From an uncultured Chloroflexia bacterium (lineage in GTDB: Bacteria > Chloroflexota > Anaerolineae > CG2-30-64-16): a stretch of DNA of 64,000 nt. Positions 37,844 to 47,147 of this stretch are shown one piece after another; positions within the stretch are counted from its first letter, which is position 1, and every line of letters starts with the position of its first letter. Position numbers and translations under genes: made by a program. Location of the stretch: assembly GCA_963774265.1 (NCBI GenBank), contig CAVZDU010000001.1:1280001-1344000 (forward strand). The letters are read 5' to 3'. The notes beneath the pieces were generated by a model. The model saw only the letters and a program-made list of their open reading frames with translations, ran no database searches and was not told where the DNA came from.

Positions 37844-38773
37844 ATGATCACGATCTACAAGACCGGGGAACAGGGCCTGGAGGTCCTCGAAGAAATCACC
37901 AAGGGCTGCTGGATTAGTGTTATTGATCCGACGCCTGAGGAGCTGGCTCGGTTGCGCGAATTAAGCGTGCCCTCCGAATTCATCACCTACCCGCTGGACC
38001 TGGATGAGCGGCCCCGCGTCGAACGCGAGGATGGTGAGACCATGATCCTGCTGCGTGCACCCTTCTATTCAGGCCCGAATACAGATGTGCCATTCACGAC
38101 CATCCCGATGGGGATTGTGATGGATGGACAATGGATCATGACCGTTTGCCGGCACGATAACGACTTGCTGCGCGAGTTGGCTGCGGGGAAGATCCGGGGG
38201 TTATCCACCGCCAAACGCAATCGGTTTATCCTTCAGGTGCTCCTTGCGGCGGCAAGCAAGTACTTGCTTTATCTTCGTGAGATCAATCGCACTGTCGATA
38301 ACCTGGAGGATCAACTCCAGATGTCGATGCAAAACCGCGAGTTATTGGGGTTGCTGAAATATCAGAAGAGCCTGGTGTATTTTACTACGGCGCTGAAGGC
38401 CAACGAGCTCATGATGGAGCGCCTGCATCGGTCGGGCTTCTTTCGCACCTACCCGGATGACGAAGACTTGCTCGAGGACGTTCTGACGGAAAACCAGCAG
38501 GCCATCGAAATGACGAACATCGCCAGCAACATTCTCAGTTCGATGATGGATGCCTTCGCTTCGATTATTTCGAACAACGTGAATGCGGTCATGAAGTTCC
38601 TGGCTGCCGCAACCATCGTGGTTGCCCTGCCGACGCTCATCGCGAGCCTTTTCGGCATGAACGTACCGCTGCCGTTTCAGGACCACCCGTTAGGATTTGT
38701 GTTTGTGCTCGTTGCGGCAGTGGGGGTGTCCGCGATCGTAACCCGGCTGTTCGTGAAGCGAGGCTGGTTCTGA
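37844..38773 (+). CDS. corA: CorA-family Mg2+/Co2+ transporter
   Basis: GMN signature (LFGMNV), ASIISNNVNAVMK, two C-terminal TM helices; AGGAGG RBS. Confidence 0.93.
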   Translation: MITIYKTGEQGLEVLEEITKGCWISVIDPTPEELARLRELSVPSEFITYPLDLDERPRVEREDGETMILLRAPFYSGPNTDVPFTTIPMGIVMDGQWIMTVCRHDNDLLRELAAGKIRGLSTAKRNRFILQVLLAAASKYLLYLREINRTVDNLEDQLQMSMQNRELLGLLKYQKSLVYFTTALKANELMMERLHRSGFFRTYPDDEDLLEDVLTENQQAIEMTNIASNILSSMMDAFASIISNNVNAVMKFLAAATIVVALPTLIASLFGMNVPLPFQDHPLGFVFVLVAAVGVSAIVTRLFVKRGWF

Positions 38774-38792
38774 TAAGAGTGTGGCGCTGAGA

Positions 38793-40147
38793 TCAGTCGT
38801 TTAGCGCATCGAGCGCCTTGTCGAGTGCTGCCAACCGTTGGCTGACCAATTCCAGGCCCAGTTGCGCTGCTTGCCGCACTTCCTGTCGAGGATGGCCCAG
38901 ATGGGTGCGGTAAGCCTCTTCGGCTCGTTCGGTGAGGCGCCGCCACGTCTTCAGTGTTGCCAAATCTGCTGACGTCCAGTCATCCTCGGTCTGGAGGCTG
39001 GCCTGTAAAGAGGCCGTCAGTGCGGCAAGCCTTTCGCGTTGCACGAGCGGATCGAGCGCGCCACCGGCGCGCACTCGTGGCGGCACTACGAAAATGATCC
39101 CGTCGGCTGCATGGGTGTATAACACCGGCGCGGCCCAACTGCGGTCGCCCGGGTGCAGGACTGATAGCATGCTTCGTGCGTAAGCTACCGCCACGTCTAC
39201 TTGTCCCGCGCCATCGCCAACGCACAGCCGTTTGTAGAACTCCCGCGCGAAGATCGCTGCAGCTTTGTCGGCTATCACAAACTGCATTGCGACCACGGCC
39301 GGTACGCCGTAACGCACCAACTGCGGTGCAAGGCCGGTGAACGCCCGGCCGTCATCCGTCTGCCCGCTCTCGCACACGTTGAGCAGCGCAAGCTTGATTG
39401 AACGGTAGTTGACCGCCAAACGCGCCAATGCGTCGCCATCAATCCAGTCGGGCGCGCCGCCCGGCTCGTTCAGCCCCAGGTAGCCTCGGCCATCGATAAA
39501 GCCGCCATGGCCTCCAAAATGGACGATGTGGTAGTTGCCCACGAGGAGGGCGTCGGCCAGGTCGGCTCGCGTCACGGCGCCGTCAAGCGTGCGCACCCGG
39601 AGTGCGCCGTCGGTCGCCCCAGCCACCTGCTCCACGTTGCGTCTTTCCTGCGCCAGATCCAAATCAGGCGTTGCAGGGAGCACTAGCAGCAGTTCGATGG
39701 GGAGCTCAGCGCCCTGTTCGGCAAGGCTGCCAAAGCGATCAGCCTGGTCGAAGTAGCGCACCAACGGAGTGGACGGGGAGGTGGCGAAGGTGTAGTTCCG
39801 CTCTGGGTCGTGAAGCAGTTCCCACGGCCAGGCGGCGATTTCTGGTGCGTCGATGGTCAGCCGGATGCGCAGCCCCATGGCTGCGCGCTCCGCGCGATCC
39901 CACGCCACACGCAGATGGGCGCGTATTGGGGCAGGAAAGACCCAGTCAAACAGGAGGGTGCCCGCCTTGGTGAGAATCTCCGGCGGCGCAGGTGTGGGCG
40001 CCACGGTCGCGCACGAGCGGCTGTGAGAGCCACAGGCGGTGGGGGCAGGACAGCCGAGGTGCGGCCAATGCCTGCTGCCAACGCTGTCAGCGCATATCCG
40101 CCCGGCTGCCGCTCTCCGATGTTGAGGGTGAAGTCCTCGTAGCGCAC
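38793..40147 (-). CDS. CHAT-domain (caspase-like) protein; frameshift near 40005-40012
   Basis: PWELL, HFGGHG, LNVCESG, AVVAMQF, WAAPVLY; N-terminal MRYEDFTL in the adjacent frame. Confidence 0.85.
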
Positions 40148-40168
40148 CGCCCTATTCCTCTCCTCGCA

Positions 40169-40939
40169 TCAGGCGAGTAGTTCGTAGCCGCCGTCCATAA
40201 TGATCGTCTGGCCTACGATCATCTTTGCATCGTCAGTACACAGCCAAGCGACGAGCTTCGCCACCTCTTCCGGCGTCACGAGCCGGCCCGCGGGCGTGCG
40301 CCGCAATCCTTCCGACACGATTGCATCCTTGCTCGGGAAGAAGTTGAGCGCCTCAGTTTCGACCACGCCAGGACTGACCGCGTTGCATACGATCCCGTGC
40401 GGTGCGAGTTCAACGGCGAGATAACGGATCAGCGCTTCGATGGCGGCCTTGCTTACACCCACCACGCTGTACTCGGGAAGCACGCGGCGCGAGCCGAAGC
40501 TGCTGATGCCGATGACTCGTCCCCAGCCACGCTGTTTCATGTAGGGCGCGGCGGCCTGCACGCCGAACAGTATTGAGCGGGCGTTGATATTGACGGTCCA
40601 CTCCCAGCCTTTGAGTTGTTGGTCGACCGCGGGTTTCAGCACGCCCGACGCTGCGTTTCCGACGAAAATATCGACTCCGCCGAACGCCTCGGCGGCTGTT
40701 TCAACCAACCGCTTCACGCCCTCGACCTCGCCGACGTGCGCCTTCACCACAATGGCCCGTGCGCCGGCTCGTTCGATTTCTGCCGCGGTGCGATCGGCCT
40801 GCTCTTTGTGGCGGAAGTAGTTTACCGCCACATTGATGCCATGCTCAGCCAGCTGCAGCGCGATGGCCCGGCCGATCCCTCGACCACTGCCGGTGATAAC
40901 TGCCGTCTTTCCTCGCAGGAAGTCGTAGGGCGTCATCAA
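40169..40939 (-). CDS. fabL: enoyl-ACP reductase FabL-like SDR
   Basis: [15 protein letters not shown]-x6-K (YSVVGVSK), RYLAVEL. Confidence 0.8.
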   Translation of the reverse strand: MMTPYDFLRGKTAVITGSGRGIGRAIALQLAEHGINVAVNYFRHKEQADRTAAEIERAGARAIVVKAHVGEVEGVKRLVETAAEAFGGVDIFVGNAASGVLKPAVDQQLKGWEWTVNINARSILFGVQAAAPYMKQRGWGRVIGISSFGSRRVLPEYSVVGVSKAAIEALIRYLAVELAPHGIVCNAVSPGVVETEALNFFPSKDAIVSEGLRRTPAGRLVTPEEVAKLVAWLCTDDAKMIVGQTIIMDGGYELLA

Positions 40940-41760
40940 CCGACGACGTCCTCTCCGCCGTCCACGAAGATCACCGAACCGCTGACGAACTTCACTTCGG
41001 GATGGCTGAGCGCAACGATTGTCGCAGCCACATCTTGTGGCGTGGTCATTCGGCCGCTGGGGTTGCGACGCAGCGTGGTCTCGATCATCTTGTCGTTGCC
41101 GGGGATCTTGCGCAGCGCAGGTGTATCGGTCACGCCGGCCTGGATGCAGTTGACCAGGATGCCGCGTGGGCCCAACTCCATGGCCAGCTGTCGGGTGTGC
41201 GATTCGAGTGAGGCCTTGGCCGCGGACACAGCGCCATAATTAGGTACGACGCGGTGGCTGCCTTCACTGGTCATGCCGAAAATGCGACTGCCGCGTCCGA
41301 GCAACCCGCGTGCCACCATGTCTTGGGTCCAATAGACCAGGCTGTGCGCCATTACGTTGAGGGTCATGTCCATCTGTGCCGGCTCAATCGCGTCTCCTGC
41401 TGCTCCGGGCGAACCGTCCGCGGCCAGCGGCGGGATGAGCGGCTTGAGCGTCCCGAAGGCTAGCGAGTGCATGAGAACGTGTACTGTTTCGCCTGGCCCG
41501 AGCGCCTGCGCCAGCCCATCAAGCACCTTGCCGCGTCGATCCGGGTCGGCCGCGTTGGTGTTGAAGAAGAGGGCCTTGACGCCCTGCGCTTCGATGTCGG
41601 CGATCACCTCCTTGGCGTGGGGAAGGGTTGTGCGCAGGTCCAGATGCACGCCGGCGATGTTCATGCCTGCGGCCGCAAGCGCCTTGCCCGCCGCTGCGCC
41701 GAACCCGCTGGATGCGCCCAAGATCAGGGCCCACCGGCCCAGTAGAGGTCGTTCGGTCAT
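40936..41760 (-). CDS. FabI/FabL-like SDR oxidoreductase
   Basis: [30 protein letters not shown]. Confidence 0.8.
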   Translation of the reverse strand: MTERPLLGRWALILGASSGFGAAAGKALAAAGMNIAGVHLDLRTTLPHAKEVIADIEAQGVKALFFNTNAADPDRRGKVLDGLAQALGPGETVHVLMHSLAFGTLKPLIPPLAADGSPGAAGDAIEPAQMDMTLNVMAHSLVYWTQDMVARGLLGRGSRIFGMTSEGSHRVVPNYGAVSAAKASLESHTRQLAMELGPRGILVNCIQAGVTDTPALRKIPGNDKMIETTLRRNPSGRMTTPQDVAATIVALSHPEVKFVSGSVIFVDGGEDVVG

Positions 41761-41857
41761 GATGGCTCCTTAGGTGGGAGATAGTGTATGTGCTTCGCTC
41801 TGGCTTCGGGATTAACCCGTCGCGCTCGGCAAGGTCGCGTCCGTTGCTCTCAGAAGA

Positions 41858-42793
41858 TCAGTCTCCCACTAACGCTCGGAGGAAGAACAGCAGATTCGAC
41901 GGCCGTTCGGCCATCCGCCGCATGTAGTAAGGATACCAGTGAGTCCCATATGGCACGTAGACCCGCACCCGGTGACCTTTCCGCACCAGGCTTGTCTGCA
42001 GTTCCCGGCGGATGCCGTATAGCATCTGGAATTCCACCTCGCCTGCTGCCAATCCATGTTGATGTGCATACGCGCGTGCGAAGTTGACCACATCCTCGTC
42101 ATGCGAAGCCACAGCCGCGAACGCACCCTTCGCACGTGACTCAGGCGCGAAGCAAGTACGGATCAGAGCCTGCATGGCTTGTGTCACTCGCGGTCGATCT
42201 CGATACGCGATCGTCGCGGGCTCGTCGTATGCTCCTTTGCAAAGGCGAAAATGCCCCATGCCATCCGCAATCAGCGCCTCCACATCGGCTTGCGTCCGAT
42301 GCAGGTACGCCTGCACTACGAGCCCTGTGTTGTCGAACTGCCCGCGCAGCCGCCGGTAGATGGAGATGGTGCGGTCCGTGTACCCAGATCCTTCCATGTC
42401 GACCCGTACGAAGTTGTTCAGCTCCTTTGCCCGAGCCACGATGCGGGAGACGTTATTGAAGCAGAAATCATCGCCCAGGTCCATCCCCATTTGCGTCAGC
42501 TTGATCGAGACATTGGACTTCACCCCTGCCGCATTGAGGGCATTCAGGGCGAACAAGTATTCATCCGCCGCAGCCACTGCCTCGGCCACTGTGTCAACGT
42601 TTTCGCCCAGGTGGTCCAGCGTCGCGAGCATCCCTTGTTCATTGAGGTGACGCACTGCACTAATCGCGTCCTCCAACGTCTCGCCGGGCACAAAGCGCCG
42701 CGCCATCTTGCGCGCCACAGGCACGCGCACGATCAGGTCCTGGAGGGTTTTGTTGCGGGAGAGTGCAATCAGGGTGGTTCGCATCAGGGGCAT
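41858..42793 (-). CDS. monofunctional proline dehydrogenase
   Basis: RFVPGE, SIKLTQMG, RVDME, QAYL, RLCKGAY, FQMLYG, YVPYG..YYMRRMAERP. Confidence 0.93.
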   Translation of the reverse strand: MPLMRTTLIALSRNKTLQDLIVRVPVARKMARRFVPGETLEDAISAVRHLNEQGMLATLDHLGENVDTVAEAVAAADEYLFALNALNAAGVKSNVSIKLTQMGMDLGDDFCFNNVSRIVARAKELNNFVRVDMEGSGYTDRTISIYRRLRGQFDNTGLVVQAYLHRTQADVEALIADGMGHFRLCKGAYDEPATIAYRDRPRVTQAMQALIRTCFAPESRAKGAFAAVASHDEDVVNFARAYAHQHGLAAGEVEFQMLYGIRRELQTSLVRKGHRVRVYVPYGTHWYPYYMRRMAERPSNLLFFLRALVGD

Positions 42794-42891
42794 AAAAGTC
42801 TCCTCCGGTCATCGTTGCATCAGATCGAAGTCTATTGTGCCGTGCGGTACAGCACTTGTCAAGGGGTGCAGGCCCAGCAACCGTTGGCGCC

Positions 42892-44541
42892 CTATACCTC
42901 GAGCACCAGTGGGAAGATCAGGGGCCTCCTGCCCGTTCGGTTGTAGCAATACTGGCTCAGCACATCTTTTATCTTGTTGCGCGTGGAAGACGCGGCGCCA
43001 CCCGGGCCACGCAGTACTTGCCACATCCGGTCTTTTGCCCCCTCGATGAGTTCATCCGATTCGGCAACGTAGATGAAGCCGCGCGTTAAGATCTCGGGGT
43101 CGGCTACAACTTCGCCCGTCGCCCGATCTATGGCCACCATTGCCACCAGGAAGCCATCGCGCGCCAGGTGTTTGCGGTCTCGCAACACGGCCGCACCGAT
43201 GTCGCCCACGCTTAAGCCATCCACCAACACGTTACCAGCGCCGACCTCCTCACCCAGCCGGAGTGCGTCGCGATGCACCTCGATCACCTGCCCGCTCTCC
43301 ACCACCTGGATGTTCTCTGGCGGGACGCCCGTTTCTCGCGCCAGGCGGGAGTGCAAGACCAAGTGCCGGTATTCCCCGTGCATGGGGATGAAAAATCTCG
43401 GCCGCGTGAGAGACAGCATCAATTTCAGGTCTTCCTGGCTGCCGTGGCCCGACACGTGGACGCCGCACAAATCCGAATAGATGACATCTGCCCCAAGCCG
43501 GAAGAGGTCGTCGATGATATGGTTGACCAGTTCCTCATTACCGGGAATCGGCGTGGCGGACAGCACAACTGTGTCGGTGGGAAGAATCTGCAACTGCTGG
43601 TGTTCATTAGCGGCCAATCGCGCCAAGACGGCGCTCGGTTCGCCCTGGCTGCCCGTACACACGATCACCACCTTCTCAGGCGGCAGGTTGTTCATCTCAT
43701 GCAGGCTGAGCAATTCGTCAAGCGTGACGTTTAGGTAGCCGAGATTGATCGACATACGCACGTTGTTGACCATGCTCCGACCGATCACCCCGACGCGGCG
43801 ACCAAAAAGCCGTGCCGTTTCGATCACCTGTTGGATGCGCGAGATGTTTGAGGCGAATGTGGCGATAATGATGCGCCCTGAAGCAGTGGACATCACCTGT
43901 TCCAGCGTCTCGTTGACGCTCTGCTCAGACGGGGTGAAGCCCGATGAGTCTGCGTTGGTCGAATCCGATAGGAGGACGAGCACCCCGGCGTCGCCAATCC
44001 GCCGCAGCTTCTCAACGTCCGTGAGCTTGCCGTCGACCGGGTGTTGGTCGAACTTGTAATCGGTGGCATGGACCACTGAGCCGACTGGCGTATGGATCAC
44101 GATGCCGACCGCATCGGGGATGCTGTGGCACACGTGAAAGAATTCCACCTTGAAGCAGCCAAGTTCGATTTGGCTGTCAGCGGTCACTGTATGCAGCTCG
44201 CTATCGGCCAGCAGCCCCGCTTCCTTCAGCTTGATCTCTGCCAGTCCGCGCGTCAGGGCGGTGGCGTACACGGGGACATCGAGATACTTGAGCAAATACG
44301 GCAGCGCCCCAATGTGGTCCTCGTGGCCGTGTGTCAGCAGGATTGCCTGCACGCGATCTGCGCGCTCCGTGAGGTAGGTGATCTCGGGATACACCAGGTC
44401 GATGCCGGGCATATCGCTCTCAGGAAACATCAAGCCCGCATCGATCACCAATATGTCGCGGTCGTATTCAAGCGCCAGCAAGTTCTTGCCGATCTCGCCA
44501 AAGCCGCCCAGCGGGATCACCCGCAAAGGAATGTCACTCAC
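42892..44541 (-). CDS. rnj: ribonuclease J
   Basis: PLGGFGEIGKN, THGHEDHIG, HSIPD, CTGSQGEP, HVSGHG, PMHGEYRH. Confidence 0.96.
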   Translation of the reverse strand: MSDIPLRVIPLGGFGEIGKNLLALEYDRDILVIDAGLMFPESDMPGIDLVYPEITYLTERADRVQAILLTHGHEDHIGALPYLLKYLDVPVYATALTRGLAEIKLKEAGLLADSELHTVTADSQIELGCFKVEFFHVCHSIPDAVGIVIHTPVGSVVHATDYKFDQHPVDGKLTDVEKLRRIGDAGVLVLLSDSTNADSSGFTPSEQSVNETLEQVMSTASGRIIIATFASNISRIQQVIETARLFGRRVGVIGRSMVNNVRMSINLGYLNVTLDELLSLHEMNNLPPEKVVIVCTGSQGEPSAVLARLAANEHQQLQILPTDTVVLSATPIPGNEELVNHIIDDLFRLGADVIYSDLCGVHVSGHGSQEDLKLMLSLTRPRFFIPMHGEYRHLVLHSRLARETGVPPENIQVVESGQVIEVHRDALRLGEEVGAGNVLVDGLSVGDIGAAVLRDRKHLARDGFLVAMVAIDRATGEVVADPEILTRGFIYVAESDELIEGAKDRMWQVLRGPGGAASSTRNKIKDVLSQYCYNRTGRRPLIFPLVLEV

Positions 44542-45085
44542 GACCCAGTCCTCCAAAACACCTTGTCATGCGTTTAGCTGCATCCTGGCGTGCGGCACGG
44601 AGCCGGGCTGTGATTTCCGAATCCTCAAGGTCGGGTGTCGTCATGATCAACCCGTCTTCGCCGTCCCGATAGTACTTACGCCGCGTGCCTACCACGTTAA
44701 AACCGAGCTTTGCGTACAGTTTCTGTGCGACCAGGTTGCTGGCGCGCACTTCGAGGGTGGCAACCCTCGCACCGCGTTCCAGCGCTTCATCCATCAGCGC
44801 CACCATCAGCCATTGTCCCAGACCGCAACCCCGGTAATCGGGGTGTGCTGCTACGGTGGCAATATGGGCTTCGTCGACCAGCAGCCAGAAGCCACCCCAG
44901 GCAAGGATCGGCGGTAGCTCGTTGCCATCAGCAGGCCGAATTACCTGATACGTCGCTAATGAATTGTCGGTCAGGTCGCTTGCGTACATGCGCCGTGTCC
45001 ACGGGTCGGCAAATGCCTGCCGTTCCAGGGGCATGATGACATCCAGGTCGGTCAGCTCCATAGGAGAAATAATGGGTAGCATCAT
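44534..45085 (-). CDS. rimI: ribosomal protein S18 alanine N-acetyltransferase
   Basis: DEAHIATVA, RGCGLG, TLEVRASN, RRKYY; next to tsaB. Confidence 0.92.
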   Translation of the reverse strand: MMLPIISPMELTDLDVIMPLERQAFADPWTRRMYASDLTDNSLATYQVIRPADGNELPPILAWGGFWLLVDEAHIATVAAHPDYRGCGLGQWLMVALMDEALERGARVATLEVRASNLVAQKLYAKLGFNVVGTRRKYYRDGEDGLIMTTPDLEDSEITARLRAARQDAAKRMTRCFGGLGRE

Positions 45086-45783
45086 CAGGCTGTCTTCGAC
45101 CCATCCGGGTGCTGCAAATAGATGGGGCTGAGCGTCGCGGCATCATCCGCTTGCCCCAGCTCCAGACGCTTGGCGGCCAATTCTGCGAGACAACCCGCCC
45201 GACGCAGACCTAGTCCGGGAGGGAGAAGAATGACCCGCTGCTTTCCCGCCAAGCGTGTCAACGTTTCCTGGTCGGTCTCGCTCAATTCGCCGGCAAAGGC
45301 CATCGTGCGGACCACGGTGTTCGCCATTTCAATGACGGTCGACAGAGCGTATGGCTCTTGTGGTCCCCAGCCTCCGGGTCCGTGAGCGAAGGGCGCCCAA
45401 TATATGCGGCCCCGGCCCGCCTGCGCGACCGCCACCACTGGAATGGGTTGTGACTGGTGTGGGTAGGCGGTCACATCCAGAGTGGGCACGCCGACCAGCT
45501 TGAGGTCCTGTGCCAGCGCCAGCCCTTTGGCTGCAGCCAAACCGACGCGCAGACCGGTGAAGGAGCCCGGCCCGATGGCCACGGCCACGGTCGTCAGGTC
45601 GCGGGCCGCAACTCCGGACAATGTAAGCAGCGCAGAAATTGCGGGCATCAGCTCTTCAGTGTGACGGTTGGCCGAAAACCAGCTTTGCTCCGCGAGCAGC
45701 TGTCGTCCGCGGCCCGTATGAACCTGGTCGTCGTACAAGGCGATGCTCGCCTGACGGGTGGAGGTGTCGATGGCTAATAGCAT
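45085..45783 (-). CDS. tsaB: t6A biosynthesis protein TsaB
   Basis: LAIDTS, GPGSFTGLRVG, PIYL. Confidence 0.95.
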   Translation of the reverse strand: MLLAIDTSTRQASIALYDDQVHTGRGRQLLAEQSWFSANRHTEELMPAISALLTLSGVAARDLTTVAVAIGPGSFTGLRVGLAAAKGLALAQDLKLVGVPTLDVTAYPHQSQPIPVVAVAQAGRGRIYWAPFAHGPGGWGPQEPYALSTVIEMANTVVRTMAFAGELSETDQETLTRLAGKQRVILLPPGLGLRRAGCLAELAAKRLELGQADDAATLSPIYLQHPDGSKTA

Positions 45784-45786
45784 GTT

Positions 45787-46281
45787 TCAGGCCTGTTCCA
45801 GCACCAGGCGGCGTAATTCGTGCAGCAAGTTGGCGTAGCATACGCCGCGAGCCGTCAGCGTGAACTGCCGGTCGTCGCCGTCGCCATGGTCAATGGCAAT
45901 GTCGAGATATTCAGGCGGCAATAAGCCCGGGATGCGGTCCGCCCACTCGACGACCACCACATCATCGCTCCAGAACAGATCGCCAAGGCCAACATCCCAC
46001 ATCTCGAGCGGCGCATTTGTCAATCGGTAGCAATCCGCATGTTGTAGCTGTCGGCCGTCTGCACAACGATAGCGGTTGATAAGGATAAAGGTGGGACTGG
46101 TGATGGCTCCCTTCACGCCCAAACCAGCACCGAGACCCTGCACGAAGGTTGTTTTGCCCGCGCCCAAGTCGCCTGTCAAGGTAATAATCGCGCCCTCACC
46201 CAGCAGCCGTCCGATGATTTCGCCCAGGCCGCGCGTCTGCTCGGCCGACCGTGTTTTAATCAGGAGTTGTGTTTCGCTCAT
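45787..46281 (-). CDS. tsaE: t6A biosynthesis ATPase TsaE
   Basis: GDLGAGKTTF, SPTF, HADCYRL, VEWA. Confidence 0.95.
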   Translation of the reverse strand: MSETQLLIKTRSAEQTRGLGEIIGRLLGEGAIITLTGDLGAGKTTFVQGLGAGLGVKGAITSPTFILINRYRCADGRQLQHADCYRLTNAPLEMWDVGLGDLFWSDDVVVVEWADRIPGLLPPEYLDIAIDHGDGDDRQFTLTARGVCYANLLHELRRLVLEQA

Positions 46282-46396
46282 AGTCGCCTGCCATTATACC
46301 AAGGTACCGGGGCGCGACAAAACACTTTGAGGCTTTTGATTCAAAACGCCTCACCGTGGTATCATGCGCCACATCTTTGGCAGGAGTCGACCTGGT

Positions 46397-47135
46397 ATGC
46401 GCGTCCTGGTTCTGTCTGATATTCATGCAAATCTGACCGCCCTCGAAGCAGTGCTCGACGACGCGCATGGTGCATACGATGCGGTCTGGTGCCTGGGGGA
46501 TACGGTTGGCTACGGACCCGAGCCGGACGAATGCGTCAAGCGCGTTCGCGGCCTGGGCGCCACAACCGTCATAGGCAATCATGACTGGGCTGCCCTGGGC
46601 CGCATGGACGTGGAGGACTTTTAATCCTGAAGCTCGCCGCGCCGTCATCTGGACGCGGGATCATCTGAGCGAGGATAGCGTGGCGTGGCTGGCGGCGTTG
46701 CCCAGTCGACCGATTGAGATCGACGATTTCACGCTGACCCATGCCAGCCCTCGCGATCCGATCTGGGAGTACGTCCTCTACCCCTCAATCGCTTCCGCTA
46801 ACTTCGAGTACTTCAGCACGCCCTTCTGTCTGGTGGGCCACACCCATGTGCCAGTGTTGCACGTCATGGCGCAGGGAGAGAACAAACTACGCCTCATGGC
46901 GCCCACCTTTGGAACAGGTATGCCCCTCAAGGAAAACTGGCGCGTCATTCTGAACCCGGGCAGTGTTGGCCAGCCGCGCGATAACGACCGGCGCGCGGCC
47001 TATGCTCTGCTTGACACGGAGTCGGCCGTGTGGGAGCCCCACCGCGTGGACTACATGATTGAGGTGACGCAGAATCGGATGCGCCAGGCGGGCCTGCCTG
47101 AGCGGTTAATCAATCGATTGGCGTTCGGCTGGTGA
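46397..47135 (+). CDS. metallophosphoesterase; +1 frameshift in TTTT at 46619-46622
   Basis: SDIHAN, LGDTVGYGP, GNHD, HASP, GHTH, NPGSVGQPRD. Confidence 0.9.
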
Positions 47136-47147
47136 GCACCCGATGGT

